Shown: positions 52,122 to 63,586 of the stretch, one piece after another
How positions within the stretch are numbered: the first letter of the stretch is position 1
Layout: every line of letters begins with the position of its first letter
From: Candidatus Methanomethylicia archaeon
GTDB taxonomy: Archaea; Thermoproteota; Methanomethylicia; CALHIW01
Reading direction: 5' to 3'
DNA length: 64,000 bases
NCBI GenBank assembly: GCA_038845975.1
Contig: JAWBQF010000007.1
Coordinates: forward strand, 1 to 64,000
Position numbers and translations under genes: made by a program
The notes under the pieces: generated by a model
Database searches by the model: none
What the model saw: the letters and a program-made list of their open reading frames with translations, nothing else
Told to the model about the DNA's origin: nothing

Positions 52122-52841
52122 ATCCCTATAAAAAATTGTTAGTATTTTAAATAAGTTTTCATATTATTATTTCACTTAGTTAGATTAGGTATTTGCATAC
52201 CTTTAGATTGAATCCTCATCCCTGAAGAATTTTCAACCCTTACCTCATAAGTCTTACTATTAATTAAGTTTAAATAACATGACCAAACTTAGCTAACCCT
52301 GATGCCAATTCGATCCTTATATGCTAAAACTTCAATCGCTCTTAACAATAATCTACATTCATCCTCAAAATATAGTTTAATTGAATAATATCCTTCACCC
52401 ACTTTAAACTTAGGCTATAAATTTCCTATTAGCTACGTGTTGTTCTAGGCTTAATAAGTCTATAACTTAAACTTTTAACTTCATTACTGAGCTTAGCTTA
52501 TAACTGTACTCCTTTTCAAGCTTGATCCTTAATATCTTAACAGTTTGGATGTTATACCCTAATTCTTTAAGGCTTTTCCTAATAAGCCTTAAAATTATTT
52601 ATTGTTTCTTCTCTTTTAGTTTGCCCGATATTCCGTTTGAAAATAAGTAGTGTATGTACTGGTTTAAGTATTTTCCTATTCCCTATGTTAAGCTTTGAAC
52701 TGCAATGGAGGAAGTTACTACGTCAAGCGCCCCTTTATTTGCTGTTGAGTTGGTTCTAGGACTATAGTTTTCTATGTTTATAGTTCCCTCATATAGTAAG
52801 AATTCACCTCTGTAAAGCTAGATAATTTTCCATAGTGGTAT

Positions 52842-53485
52842 TCATCTCAAAATCACCTTCTGTCCTGTTACGATGTAGATTATTGATTCACAAATATAGG
52901 TTGCATGATCAGCTATTCTCTCAAGATATCTTACTATTAAAATACTGGAAACTGCACATTTTATCGTAATATTTGCTTTTTCTATTAGTTTATCGAGGAA
53001 ATCAAAATACATTTCATCTACTTCCTTCTCCATTTGAGCTACCTTCTCAGCAAGTTGCGAGTCATGAGTTCTAAGAGATGTTATGCTTAAACTAATCATT
53101 TTTAATGCTTTTTCACCCATTTCTTTAATATGCGAAATTACCCATGTCTCACAATTTCTTACCCGTCTAATTTTTGATTTGCATAAGACATATCGAGAGC
53201 ATATCTTCCAAATCGGACAAAGTCATAGGCGATCTTCATATAAGACTTAATAGTTCTCAGATCTGAGGCTACTGGCTGAAATCTTGCAATGAGTTCAAAT
53301 GCTTTATCTTCAATATTGTCCGCCATTAAAACAAGAGCATCTGCCATTTTGCGAACCTCATTATAGGCTTGTCTGTTTTGGATACATTCACTAATGGCAG
53401 ATAAAACAATGCGATACGCCAGCTCTCCCATCTTATGTAGGGTTACTGAAAGTTCTTCAAGACCGGAGTCTATAATTCTACTCAT
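52842..53485 (-). pseudogene. phoU: phoU, split by a single frameshift
   Basis: N-half (RFQPVASDLR) stops at GAC GGG TAA; shifting by one base continues VRNCETWVISHIKEMGEK..ERIADHAT. Confidence 0.82.
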
Positions 53486-53493
53486 ATTCTCCC

Positions 53494-54252
53494 TCAACCA
53501 AACTCTCCAGTTAAGTATTTTTCCGTAAGTTCATGTTTAGGATTTTCAAAGATCTGCTTGGTTGGACCATATTCTATTAGCTTACCAAGATAAAGGAAAG
53601 CCGTATAATCAGAAACCCTAGCTGCTTGCTGCATATTATGAGTTACAATTACAATTGTATAGTTTTCAGCTAGTTTTCTAATGAGTATCTCTATTTTTGC
53701 TGTTGCTATTGGGTCGAGAGCTGAGCAAGATTCATCCATTAGCAAAACCTCTGGCTCGACAGCAAGAGCCCGTGCTATACAAAGTCTCTGTTGTTGTCCA
53801 CCAGAAAGGCTAGCTCCTGAATTGTTTAATTCATATTTAACCTCATCCCAAAGATTTGCAAGTTCTAGGCTTCGCCTAACAACTACATCAAGAGTTTTCT
53901 TGTCTCTGACACCGTTTAACTTTAGGCCTGCTGCTACATTGTCGTATATGGACATCATTGGAAACGGATTTGGCTTTTGAAAAACCATACCTATTTTCCT
54001 CCTTATCATAACAGGATCAACACCATTATCGTAGATATTCACGCCATTAAACAGCACTTTCCCAGAAACTCGAGCACCTGGAGTTGCTTCATGCATTCGG
54101 TTAAGACAACGGATAAAAGTTGTTTTACCGCATCCAGAAGGCCCTATGATGGCTGTTACTGCTTTTTCCTCAATTTTCATATTAATGTTTTTCAGCACTT
54201 GTTTTGAGTTAAACCATGCATTTAAATCCTCTATTTCAAATTTAGGCGCCAT
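53494..54252 (-). CDS. pstB: Phosphate ABC transporter ATPase
   Basis: [23 protein letters not shown]; D-loop reads MDESCSALD instead of the usual DEP; start MAPKF. Confidence 0.9.
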   Translation of the reverse strand: MAPKFEIEDLNAWFNSKQVLKNINMKIEEKAVTAIIGPSGCGKTTFIRCLNRMHEATPGARVSGKVLFNGVNIYDNGVDPVMIRRKIGMVFQKPNPFPMMSIYDNVAAGLKLNGVRDKKTLDVVVRRSLELANLWDEVKYELNNSGASLSGGQQQRLCIARALAVEPEVLLMDESCSALDPIATAKIEILIRKLAENYTIVIVTHNMQQAARVSDYTAFLYLGKLIEYGPTKQIFENPKHELTEKYLTGEFG

Positions 54253-55091
54253 TAATATCTCCCCTTTGTAAGTACTCTTACAGCGATACTTATCCACAGA
54301 ACAAGCAGTATTAGTAAAAAAGCAGATCCCCAAGCGAGAGCTATCCAATTTTCGAAAGGCGACATGGCGAAAACAAACACATTTAATGCTAGGTTAGCAA
54401 CAGGTCTGTCTAGGCCTTCAAACCACCATCGCCAATACCCCATTGTAACAAGTATGGGAGCTGATTCCCCAGCAATCCTTGCAATGGAAAGCAGAATTCC
54501 TGTTGTTACTGCCTTTCTAGCACTTCTTAATACTATTGCGATAACTGTCTTCCATCTAGGAACGCCTAAAGCAATAGCTGCCTCACGAAGACTTAATGGT
54601 ACAATTTTCAATGCTTCTTCAGTTGTCCTGGTTATAATAGGGATCATAATTATGGCTAATGCAAAGGCCGCTGCAATAACTGAAAAACCAATTGAACGAA
54701 CAATTAATGCGTAGGCGAAAACTCCAATAACAATAGATGGGATACCGCTCAAAACATCGCTAAAGAATCTAACTATTAAAGAGAGCTTATACTCGCTATA
54801 TTCACTTAGGAAAACGCCAGACATTAATCCTATAGGTGTACCGATAATAGAAGCTAAACTGATAGTTATCAATGTTCCTTGAATAGCGTTTGCAATACCT
54901 CCTCCTTTCTCCCCAACAGTTGGTGCTGAGTTGATAAAGAAATCAAGATTGATAACAAAAACACTTCTTTGAACAACTTCATAGAGTATACTAATTATGG
55001 GAATTAACGCTAATGTAAGAGATAGATATACAAGGAAACGTGCGATATAATCCTTAATGATTCTGAATTTATAACAATTTATTTTACTCAT
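54252..55091 (-). CDS. pstA: Phosphate ABC transporter permease
   Basis: [35 protein letters not shown]. Confidence 0.9.
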   Translation of the reverse strand: MSKINCYKFRIIKDYIARFLVYLSLTLALIPIISILYEVVQRSVFVINLDFFINSAPTVGEKGGGIANAIQGTLITISLASIIGTPIGLMSGVFLSEYSEYKLSLIVRFFSDVLSGIPSIVIGVFAYALIVRSIGFSVIAAAFALAIIMIPIITRTTEEALKIVPLSLREAAIALGVPRWKTVIAIVLRSARKAVTTGILLSIARIAGESAPILVTMGYWRWWFEGLDRPVANLALNVFVFAMSPFENWIALAWGSAFLLILLVLWISIAVRVLTKGRY

Positions 55092-56089
55092 TCTTTCGCT
55101 AACCCCCTAACCAGCATAAGCACTCGCCAAACAATCAGCCGAGAAAGAATATTAATCATTAAAGTCACAAATAACAAAACAAGCGCAACATTCATCAATG
55201 CGCTTACATAAAGGTCATATGTAGCTTCTAGAAGCTCGTTTGCAATTATAGCTGACATAGTATACCATGCATCAAAAAGTGAAGATGGCCAAACCTGAAA
55301 CTTATTTCCAATAACCATTGTTATTGCCATAGTCTCCCCAACAGCTCGTCCCAATCCTAAAATCACAGCACCTATAATCCCGGAACGTACATAGCTAATC
55401 ACAATTTTGACTGTTTCCCATTTTGTAGCACCAAGAGCTATTATTGCTTCTCGTTGAGAATTCGGTACAGCTGAGAACAAATCCCGCATGACAGCGGAAA
55501 CCGTTGGAATAATCATTATAGCCAAAACTATACCGCCTGTTAGAACACCGCCACCATAAATAGGTCCTGAAAAAATGGGAATAAATCCAAAAAATGTTTG
55601 TAAATATGAATAAACATAATCACGTAAAAATGGTATTAGAATAAATATTCCCCAAAGTCCATAGATGACACTTGGAACAGCAGCTAAAAGCTCTACTAGA
55701 AAGGAAATTGCAAATCCAAATTTTCTAGGCATATATTCTGAAAGCGCTAAGCCTACTCCAATACTTATTGGCACTCCTATAATAAGCGCAATAGCTGAGG
55801 TAACAATTGTTCCAAATATTAGCGGTAAAGCTCCAAAAACTTGGAGTATGGCTGGATCCCACTTGGTGCCGAAAATAAAGTTTAATCCAAAAGCTTGAAT
55901 AGATAACCATGATCCATTAATCAACTCGTAAATCATTAAACCAAGAAGTAAGAGAATGCTGGAAGCAGACAATATGCCTATAAGCTTAAAGATATTATCA
56001 CCATTAACCTGCCGCTCAAAACGTGAAAAATGTTTTATATCTAATCTATGAAAAAAAGGTATTTTATAAAAACTTCTCATGTTTATCAC
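55088..56089 (-). CDS. pstC: Phosphate ABC transporter permease
   Basis: ELLAAVPSVIYGLWG, REAIIALGAT.WE, GRAVGETMA. Confidence 0.9.
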   Translation of the reverse strand: MINMRSFYKIPFFHRLDIKHFSRFERQVNGDNIFKLIGILSASSILLLLGLMIYELINGSWLSIQAFGLNFIFGTKWDPAILQVFGALPLIFGTIVTSAIALIIGVPISIGVGLALSEYMPRKFGFAISFLVELLAAVPSVIYGLWGIFILIPFLRDYVYSYLQTFFGFIPIFSGPIYGGGVLTGGIVLAIMIIPTVSAVMRDLFSAVPNSQREAIIALGATKWETVKIVISYVRSGIIGAVILGLGRAVGETMAITMVIGNKFQVWPSSLFDAWYTMSAIIANELLEATYDLYVSALMNVALVLLFVTLMINILSRLIVWRVLMLVRGLAKE

Positions 56090-57030
56090 TTATGTAGCTG
56101 TTGCCCATTATAAGTTATTAGCTGAATCGTTGCTTCATTATGCATGACAATACTTGATGGTAAAGGAACATAGTATAGTTCAGATGCATAGTTTTGTCCA
56201 TCATGTATTGCCCACCACAAGAATTCAACTAGCGCCCTTGCAGCTGCTTCATTCATATTTGGTAGTACATTTAACTCCTTGTATACTAGGATATAAGAGA
56301 AGCTTGTTATTGGATAGGCGCCCATAGCCTGTATGTCGCCAGCTAAACTGTCAACTATTGAAACTTTCGACCAGTTTTCGTCACCTCTCGGCAAGGTAAC
56401 TACAGCATAATCTGCAGCTTTAGCAAAGGATTCTATGCTTGGCTCTATAAATTCACCTGCAGCGTTTTGCATATAGCCGTATGCTAAGTTATTCTTTTTT
56501 GCATAGGTGAATTCTACATATCCAATTGAATATGGAGTTTGCTGAACAAGAGCTGCAACCCCATCATTTCCCTTACCTCCAATACCAACAGGCCAGTTTA
56601 CTGAAGTTCCCTTCCCAACGTTTTTCCTCCATTCTAAGCTTATGTTTGATAAGTAGCTTGTCCAAATGAAAGTTGTTCCACTTCCATCAGATCTATGTAC
56701 TACGACTATTTTCTGATCTGGAAGACTAACATCAGGATTCGCAGCAGCTAATTTTTGATCATTCCATTTCGTAATCTTTCCGAGATAAATATCTGCTAAT
56801 ACTTCTCCAGTAAACTTCAGCCCTTTCGATATGCCTGGAATATTATAGATTGGAACAACCCCGCCTATCGTTATTGGTATGTGTAAAGTATTAGGTGCCT
56901 TTCTAGCTTGATCCTCTGTAAGTGGTGCATCGCTAGCTGCAAAATACACAGTCTTTTCGATATGCTGTTGGATACCTCCACCACTTCTAATTCCTTGGTA
57001 GTTGATTTTAATGTTAGGTTTAATTTTAAC
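56086..57030 (-). pseudogene. pstS: pstS lacking its N-terminus (signal peptide and first motif)
   Basis: Homology begins at KPNIKINYQGIRSGGG; HRSDGSGTT and GKGNDGVA present; the upstream ~100 aa of the tracked ORF is antisense of the neighbouring gene. Confidence 0.8.
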
Positions 57031-57907
57031 TCCTAAGGAAATGGCTAAACCCTCATCCCAATCCGTTGAGGCAACCATAATAATTTCAAGCAAAGACAGC
57101 TCTGACACAATAGTAAGAAAAATAATCTCCCTATATTTAGTGGGGTATAACTTCATTACTGTAAAGACAAAAGATGAGCGTATAAGTACTCTACAAAGAA
57201 ACACTATAAGAGAATTAGTGAGAAGGAAACTTGTAGGAACAGAAATCATATCTGAAACTTCAAATGAAATTAAACTACAAACATTGCTAAGCCATCCAGA
57301 GTTATCAATTGAAAATGCTTTAAGACGCATGAGCCTCATTACAGTATCAATGCATGACGATGCTTTACAAGCATTAAAAAATTTAGATAAAAGACTAGCT
57401 ACAGAAGTAATACAACTTGATGACGAAGTAGACCGTTTCAGTTTCTATATAGTGCGACAACTAAAGACGGCTATTCAAAATGAAAGAATCCTTAAAGATA
57501 TCAAGCTTCCTAATCCACGAGAATGTTTAGGATATAGAGTAATTGTTAAGTTTGTTGAAAGAATAGCTGATCATGCAGCAAGAATCGCCGAATATATCCT
57601 AGCACTAGAAGAAAAACCAAGTGAATCTGTCTTTCAAAAAATCTATGAAATAAGCATTTTCGCTAGAACAGCATTTGAGGATGCCATAAAGTCATTATTT
57701 AAAAAAGATTACATGCTAGCTGACCAAGTGATTTCAAAAGTAAAAACAATACTGCCTATTGAAAATGAAATAATAAAGGAGATTCAATCTAAAATCAAGC
57801 AAACAGATGCTCTCAACATGAGGATGATGATAGAAAGCATACGAAGAATAGCCGAGTATGCAAGCGACATCGCAGAAATAGTCCTAAACTTAAATGTAAC
57901 CAAATAA
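57020..57907 (+). pseudogene. AbrB-PhoU regulator, 5'-truncated (AbrB domain missing)
   Basis: Begins at LILTPKE, the end of the AbrB domain by comparison with 7894..8970; PhoU motifs DDEVDR, ERIADH, RRIAEY. Confidence 0.78.
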
Positions 57908-57929
57908 CTACAATTCGGTAAGACTTAGG

Positions 57930-58056
57930 ATATCTAAAAACCATCTAAATGAACAAGTATAAGCATTAATAAATAACAAACATGGATACTGCCCTTTCCA
58001 ATAAATTTAGCCATAAATAAAGTGAAAACTCAAATAAAACTAAAGCTCATGAAATG
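57930..58056 (-). repeat. Degenerate right-end fragment of the IS6-derived repeat
   Basis: CCATAAATAAAGTGAAAACTCAAATAAAACTAAAGCTCA resembles 4582-4625 and 11797-11840. Confidence 0.5.
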
Positions 58057-58122
58057 CTAAGTATCCAGTAATAATTAAAGTTAAAAATACTTAAACTATA
58101 AAGATTTAATAAACTATATGTA

Positions 58123-59244
58123 TTAACCTCTATACTTATACTGCTCCACATATGATTCATCTATCTCTACTCCTATTCCTCTTTTATTAATGACTCTTGC
58201 CCATCCATCCTCAATAGTTATACAGTTCCTTAATATTCGATCTCTAAACTCCCATTTCCTGCCATAAACAACGTATTCAGCTATTAATCCATTTGGTGTT
58301 GCTGTTAGCATATGGAGACCAGCAGCTAGTCCTACTACTGAATGTAGATGTGGTGCAAACATCACATCATAGCATTCAGCAAGTGAAGCTACCTTCCTAA
58401 TTTCAGTTATTCCACCAACATGATTTAAGTCGGGCTGAATTACATCTACAATACAGTTCGTTACCACCTCTATAAATTCACTTTTAGTATAGTAGTTTTC
58501 ACCTATAGCTATTGGTATTTCTGATTTGTTTGCTAGAATTCTTAATGCCTTAAGATTATATATGTTGATCGGCTCCTCAAGCCAATAGATATTGTAATCC
58601 CTCCCCCTCTTTGAAAACATAATTGCTTGGGATAAACTATATCCCTGATTTGCGTCAGTCATCAGGTCAAAATCATAGCCTATACATTCCCTAATCTCCT
58701 TAATTTTCTCTAAATCTTTCTCTACATCAAATCCAACTTTAACTTTTACAGATTTAAATCCTTGCCTTATAAATTCCTTCAGCTCCTCTACTGTTACCTC
58801 ACCCATAAAGCTTACATACAGCTTTACCTTATCTCTATACTTCCCGCCAAGGAGATTGTATAGTGGAGTATCTAGTAGCTGACCGACTATATCCCATAGT
58901 GCCATGTCTATCGCTGATACAGCACTAGTAATCGCTCCCTTTGTACTTAATGCAAATGCACTTGACCCTTTACCAATCATTTTTATCCATAACTTCTCCC
59001 TATCAAGCGGATTCTCCCCGACTATCTGCCCTTCAAGTTTCTTCTTAATTATTGCTTCAAAAATCGGCATCTCCCTACCATGAAGTGGGGAAATTTCACC
59101 TATTCCAATCAATCCGTTACTTGTTATTACTCTTACTAATACGCAGTTAAACTCACTCCATTTAGCTGTAGCATCAAATGCTTCCTCTTTTAATGGGTAA
59201 GATATTGGAATAACATCTATGCTTGAAATCTTCATGTTCATCAA
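58123..59244 (-). CDS. Mandelate racemase/muconate lactonizing enzyme family enolase
   Basis: DMALWDI, KVKVG, DAN, WLEEP, GEN, QPD. Confidence 0.88.
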   Translation of the reverse strand: MMNMKISSIDVIPISYPLKEEAFDATAKWSEFNCVLVRVITSNGLIGIGEISPLHGREMPIFEAIIKKKLEGQIVGENPLDREKLWIKMIGKGSSAFALSTKGAITSAVSAIDMALWDIVGQLLDTPLYNLLGGKYRDKVKLYVSFMGEVTVEELKEFIRQGFKSVKVKVGFDVEKDLEKIKEIRECIGYDFDLMTDANQGYSLSQAIMFSKRGRDYNIYWLEEPINIYNLKALRILANKSEIPIAIGENYYTKSEFIEVVTNCIVDVIQPDLNHVGGITEIRKVASLAECYDVMFAPHLHSVVGLAAGLHMLTATPNGLIAEYVVYGRKWEFRDRILRNCITIEDGWARVINKRGIGVEIDESYVEQYKYRG

Positions 59245-59355
59245 TTCAAATAGTAATCTAACTTAATAAGTTTTTTGTAGCATGCTAACTTTATCAACAA
59301 TTTAATCAATCTTCAATATTACGATACATTAAATAAGGGGATAAATTCTAGTTAA

Positions 59356-59937
59356 TTGGTGTTGTTATTGAATGATTTATGCTTTATTGACGTTGAAAGT
59401 ACTGGTTTAGATGCTGAAAGCAGCTTTATTGTAGGCTACGGCTTAATGAGGCTTGACGGATCCTGGACTCATAGCTTTGCTAAAACAGTAAATGATGAAC
59501 CAAATATAATAGTTAACCTTCTAAACAATATTAGAGATTATGAATGTATAGTTACATGGTATGGTTTAGGATTTGATATCCCAATAGTAACTGCTAGAGC
59601 AGTTAAGAACGGTATTGATCCAAGCCCAATATTAACCATAAACCATATAGATTTGTTCATTGTATTTAAAACATTATTTAGACTTAGCAAGTATGATCTT
59701 GATAGTGTATGTAAGTTTCTAGGAATACCTAAACGTGTAGAACTTAAAGGAAGCGATATGCCTCCTCTATATTTTAAGGCTTTAAGCGGTGATTCTGAAG
59801 CCCTAAAACTAATAGAGGAGCACTGCTATGATGATCTTCAAGGTCTTAGAAACATATATTTAAAAGTTGAGAGTATTATTAATAAGGTTATTAAGGGATG
59901 TATTGATCTATCTAAATGGCAGCTTTCATTTAAATAG
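59356..59937 (+). CDS. RNase H-like DEDD 3'-5' exonuclease (YprB-like)
   Basis: IDVESTGL, TWYG..FD, HIDL, HCYDDL. Confidence 0.8.
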   Translation: MVLLLNDLCFIDVESTGLDAESSFIVGYGLMRLDGSWTHSFAKTVNDEPNIIVNLLNNIRDYECIVTWYGLGFDIPIVTARAVKNGIDPSPILTINHIDLFIVFKTLFRLSKYDLDSVCKFLGIPKRVELKGSDMPPLYFKALSGDSEALKLIEEHCYDDLQGLRNIYLKVESIINKVIKGCIDLSKWQLSFK

Positions 59938-60690
59938 CCATTTTTCTTTATCCATATTAAGTTTTTCTGCAGTATGATTGTTCTCAATCTTAATCTTTAA
60001 TCCCTTCACTATAGCAACTGGAATTTTCTCCTGTGCTTGACCCATAACTAGCTCTGCTGCTGAAGCAATTTCATCAGCTAAGGCTATATTTTTAATATGT
60101 AGTGTGTAGCCAGCTAGATCCTTCATTCCTCTATAATCTTTAAATGGGTTTATACCGGATAAGCCTATAGCAACATTTATTTGCCCATTTCTTAGAGGTC
60201 TTCCGTAAGTATCAGAAATAACTACAGCAACATTTCTACCTGTAAGTACCTTTATCTTCCTCCTTATTTTTTCAGCTGAAACATCAGGATTTATGGGTAG
60301 TAGAGTAACGATGTTTTCTAATCCTGAAACATTAGATCTATCAATACCTGCATTAGCACATGTAATACCATGTCTAGTTATAGTTATCAAATGTCCAGGG
60401 GATGCTTTCACAACCTCTCTAGACTCCATTAGAACAGCCTCAATAAACCTAGCATCTTTACCAGTAACTTCAGAAAGTTTCAATGCTTCATCTGATGGCC
60501 TTAAACTATTAATATCAAGAATTCTTCCTTCAGCTTTTGAAACTATTTTCTGAGCAACTACAATAACATCTCCATCATCAATATTAATCCCCTCCTGAAT
60601 GCATGATTTAACAATTAAGTCTGCAATATCGTCTCCGGGCTTTATATTAGGTATTGTTTCAAGACCGATTATTCTTAACGCCCTCGCCAT
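59926..60690 (-). CDS. cofE: Coenzyme F420-0:gamma-glutamyl ligase
   Basis: PGDD, KIVSKAEG, CANAGIDRSN, DTYGRP.R.G, ADEIASAA. Confidence 0.92.
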   Translation of the reverse strand: MARALRIIGLETIPNIKPGDDIADLIVKSCIQEGINIDDGDVIVVAQKIVSKAEGRILDINSLRPSDEALKLSEVTGKDARFIEAVLMESREVVKASPGHLITITRHGITCANAGIDRSNVSGLENIVTLLPINPDVSAEKIRRKIKVLTGRNVAVVISDTYGRPLRNGQINVAIGLSGINPFKDYRGMKDLAGYTLHIKNIALADEIASAAELVMGQAQEKIPVAIVKGLKIKIENNHTAEKLNMDKEKWLFK

Positions 60691-60758
60691 AATCTCAACA
60701 CTAATAGCTAAACTACTAAAATATAAATTAAACCACTATAATTAAACTGTGGCTCATC

Positions 60759-61748
60759 ATGGCTAAGAGAGCTATCGCTTCAGCTCCAGGTAAGACTATA
60801 CTTTTCGGCGAGCACTTTGTAGTTTACGGTTCCCCCTCTATTGTAATGGCTATTAGTAGGAGAGTTTATGTAGCTGTTGAGAAATATGAGGCTGAGGAGG
60901 TTATTGTAGAATCTGATTTAGGATATACAGGCTTATTTACTGGAGACATATATAAACCTTTGATTGGAGGGCTAGACGGTGAATTTATTCTTAAGCCAAT
61001 ATATATTGCGGCTATTAAAACTCTTAAGTTTTTAAGTATTAATAGCGGTTTGAAAATATCTATCAACTCTGAAATTCCTATTGCCTCTGGCTTAGGTTCA
61101 TCGGCTTCAACTTTTGTTGCTACGATCGCAGCTACTGCTCATCTATTTGGTTATAGTTTAAACTATAGAGAGCTATTCAATCTTTCACTTGAAGCTGAAG
61201 AATATGTTCATGGAACACCCTCAGGAGTTGATCAAACAATAGCTATTAATGGAGGTCTAGTAGAGTATAATAGGTTTTCAGGTTTTGAAAAAATAAAATC
61301 ATCAGTAGATATCCCACTTATTATAGGTAATACAGGTATTCTAAGAAGTACTGGCAAACTAGTAGCTAAGGTTCGAAAGTTTGCTGAGGAAAACCCTAAT
61401 ACCATGGAGTCCCTCCTTCTCCAGATTGGAGAGATAGTTGGTGAAGCTAAAAACCTTCTTGTAAAGGGTGATTTGGAGGGTTTAGGGCTACTTATGGACA
61501 GAAACCAGGAGCTTTTAAGAATTATCGGTGTATCACATGAAAAACTTGAAGAGCTTATATTAACAGCTAAGAGAGCTGGAGCTCTTGGAGCAAAGCTTAC
61601 AGGTGCAGGAGGCGGTGGATGTATGATTGCTCTAGTAACAGATAAAGTAAGAAGTAGTGTTGCTAAAGCTATAGAAGATGCTGGAGGAAAATCACTACCA
61701 GCAAATATATCTATTAGTGGGGTTGAAGTTAAGCTATATAATAACTAG
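60759..61748 (+). CDS. mvk: Mevalonate kinase
   Basis: APGK..LFGEH, P..SGLGSSA, HGTPSGVD, KLTGAGGGG. Confidence 0.92.
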   Translation: MAKRAIASAPGKTILFGEHFVVYGSPSIVMAISRRVYVAVEKYEAEEVIVESDLGYTGLFTGDIYKPLIGGLDGEFILKPIYIAAIKTLKFLSINSGLKISINSEIPIASGLGSSASTFVATIAATAHLFGYSLNYRELFNLSLEAEEYVHGTPSGVDQTIAINGGLVEYNRFSGFEKIKSSVDIPLIIGNTGILRSTGKLVAKVRKFAEENPNTMESLLLQIGEIVGEAKNLLVKGDLEGLGLLMDRNQELLRIIGVSHEKLEELILTAKRAGALGAKLTGAGGGGCMIALVTDKVRSSVAKAIEDAGGKSLPANISISGVEVKLYNN

Positions 61749-62000
61749 ATTCTATAATTCTATTTCAGCCTAGATTTTCACCATATCTATAATGATTTAC
61801 ATAAAACTCACAAAAGTCTCTACAGCCTAAACTGTAAGATAGATAATGCTGTTAACAGATTCTGATACTTAGAAATAAGGAAGCTACAATATGTTAAGTT
61901 GTCACGTTCTAGGCCATTACAGTAAACTTAAAATAGCAATAGTTAGATATTTATATATAGAGCAAACTATTAACTAATTGGGTTACACTTACATCCTTCA

Positions 62001-62423
62001 TTGTGGTCGAATATGGTTGAAATTGAGGTAATATCATCTATAGATAGGTTTAGATACTTTATTATATTAAGTACCTGTAGATCATTTATTCCCAAAGAAT
62101 ATTTTAAGATGCGTGACGTTTTTCCTGAAAGAGATAGAGCTCATGGACTTATCTATGTTGAAGCTGCAGATAAGGTGACTTTAAGTAAGGTACGTGAAGT
62201 ATCATTTGTAAAGGTTAGTGATGTTCTTGGAGTTATTTACGAGTCTAAAAGCGGTAGTACTAAGCTTAAATGGCGTAGGATAACTGGTATTAAAGGTAAA
62301 GTAACTGGAATTGCTTCAATAAATGCTATAGTTAATCTTAGTATTGCAGGAATAATAACTGCTAATGATGCTAAAAAACTTGTTAAATCTAGGGAAATAG
62401 AATCCTTGAAACTTCTTCAATAG
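62001..62423 (+). CDS. Conserved-looking archaeal hypothetical protein
   Basis: Clean ORF; start may be 62013; no recognised motif. Confidence 0.6.
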   Translation: MWSNMVEIEVISSIDRFRYFIILSTCRSFIPKEYFKMRDVFPERDRAHGLIYVEAADKVTLSKVREVSFVKVSDVLGVIYESKSGSTKLKWRRITGIKGKVTGIASINAIVNLSIAGIITANDAKKLVKSREIESLKLLQ

Positions 62424-63354
62424 CTTCTAGACCCTTAACTTCCTCAGGAAGCTGAGGAACTATTGTTATTCCAATATCTCTAAATTTCTCCTCAAGTATT
62501 TTCAAATATTTCCTTTGCATTTCAAATCTTTTCTTATGGAAACTACATCTACACATTTCTTCAAGAGAAACATAGTTAATAACTATTTTACCTATTCTTA
62601 ATCCAAATGTTTTAAGCTCTTTAACTATACGTTCAGTTTGCTTAACTCCAAGTGCTTCAGCAATTGTAACTATAATTACATGTGTTTTATCATTTCTTAA
62701 CATGTCCAGAACTTCCTGTGCAAGCTTCTCCCAGCTTGAAATGATTTCAAGAGGATCTCTCTTAACTCTACCCTTTACAAGTACATCTAACGCTTTACGG
62801 ACTCTAATATATAGCCTAGCAGCTTCGCCTAAGTGTCTATAGAACCTATCTTGAAGATTTATTAGGGAAATTGTTCCACCAGCTGGAGCTGTATCCCATA
62901 CAATAATATCGTATCTCCCGTTTTTATAGAAGTCAAGAACATAGCTTAATGCAAATTCCTCATCAATACCTGGAGCGCCAGCAACATAATCAATAATTTC
63001 TCTATCAACAGGTAGAAACGATGATACCACCTCATATACTTCACTTCCAAACTTCTCTATCCACTTTCTAACCACAAGATCATAATCAAGCTCAACAGCT
63101 TCAAAACTATTAAATCCGGGGATGCGTGTAACCTCTCCTTTAACATTTACTTCAAGAATATCTGATAGTGATGGTGTAGGATCGGTTGATAATAGTAATG
63201 TTTTAAATCCTTTCTTTGCAAAATGTAATGCTGTAGCAGAAGCACATGTTGTTTTACCAACTCCACCCTTACCACAGAACATAACTATTCTTGGTTTTTC
63301 AATGTTAAGATAGCTAAGCCCCTCCATACAGATGCAAGTAAACACGTTATTCAA
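62389..63354 (-). CDS. ArsA/GET3-family ATPase (single domain)
   Basis: GKGGVGKTT, STDP, PGIDE, DTAP; start may be 63327. Confidence 0.88.
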   Translation of the reverse strand: MNNVFTCICMEGLSYLNIEKPRIVMFCGKGGVGKTTCASATALHFAKKGFKTLLLSTDPTPSLSDILEVNVKGEVTRIPGFNSFEAVELDYDLVVRKWIEKFGSEVYEVVSSFLPVDREIIDYVAGAPGIDEEFALSYVLDFYKNGRYDIIVWDTAPAGGTISLINLQDRFYRHLGEAARLYIRVRKALDVLVKGRVKRDPLEIISSWEKLAQEVLDMLRNDKTHVIIVTIAEALGVKQTERIVKELKTFGLRIGKIVINYVSLEEMCRCSFHKKRFEMQRKYLKILEEKFRDIGITIVPQLPEEVKGLEAIEEVSRILFP

Positions 63355-63586
63355 ATATTTAAATCTTCTGTACTGTGGTTCTCGTAGGATTTTCTCTTTA
63401 AATCATCAATTAAATGGTTTCGACAATTTCAAAATAAGTCTATTTCCATAATAGTTTTTATGTAGCTATTAATTCAAGTCCTTGAATGTTTATTTATTAT
63501 ATGATTCTATGAGGTGGTTGAAAACTATAAAATTGGGCTAGTAATACACTATGGTAATTACATGTTTGCCAATTCAAAAACTACAT

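Noticed and set aside
57031-57339. N-terminal ~100 aa of the tracked 417-aa PstS ORF
   Set aside because: Antisense reading of the PhoU regulator; no signal peptide or PstS similarity
374-63313. Many antisense or overlapping ORFs (e.g. 374..829, 16107..16709, 27256..27936, 50924..51535)
   Set aside because: They lie opposite well-supported genes and have shadow-like composition
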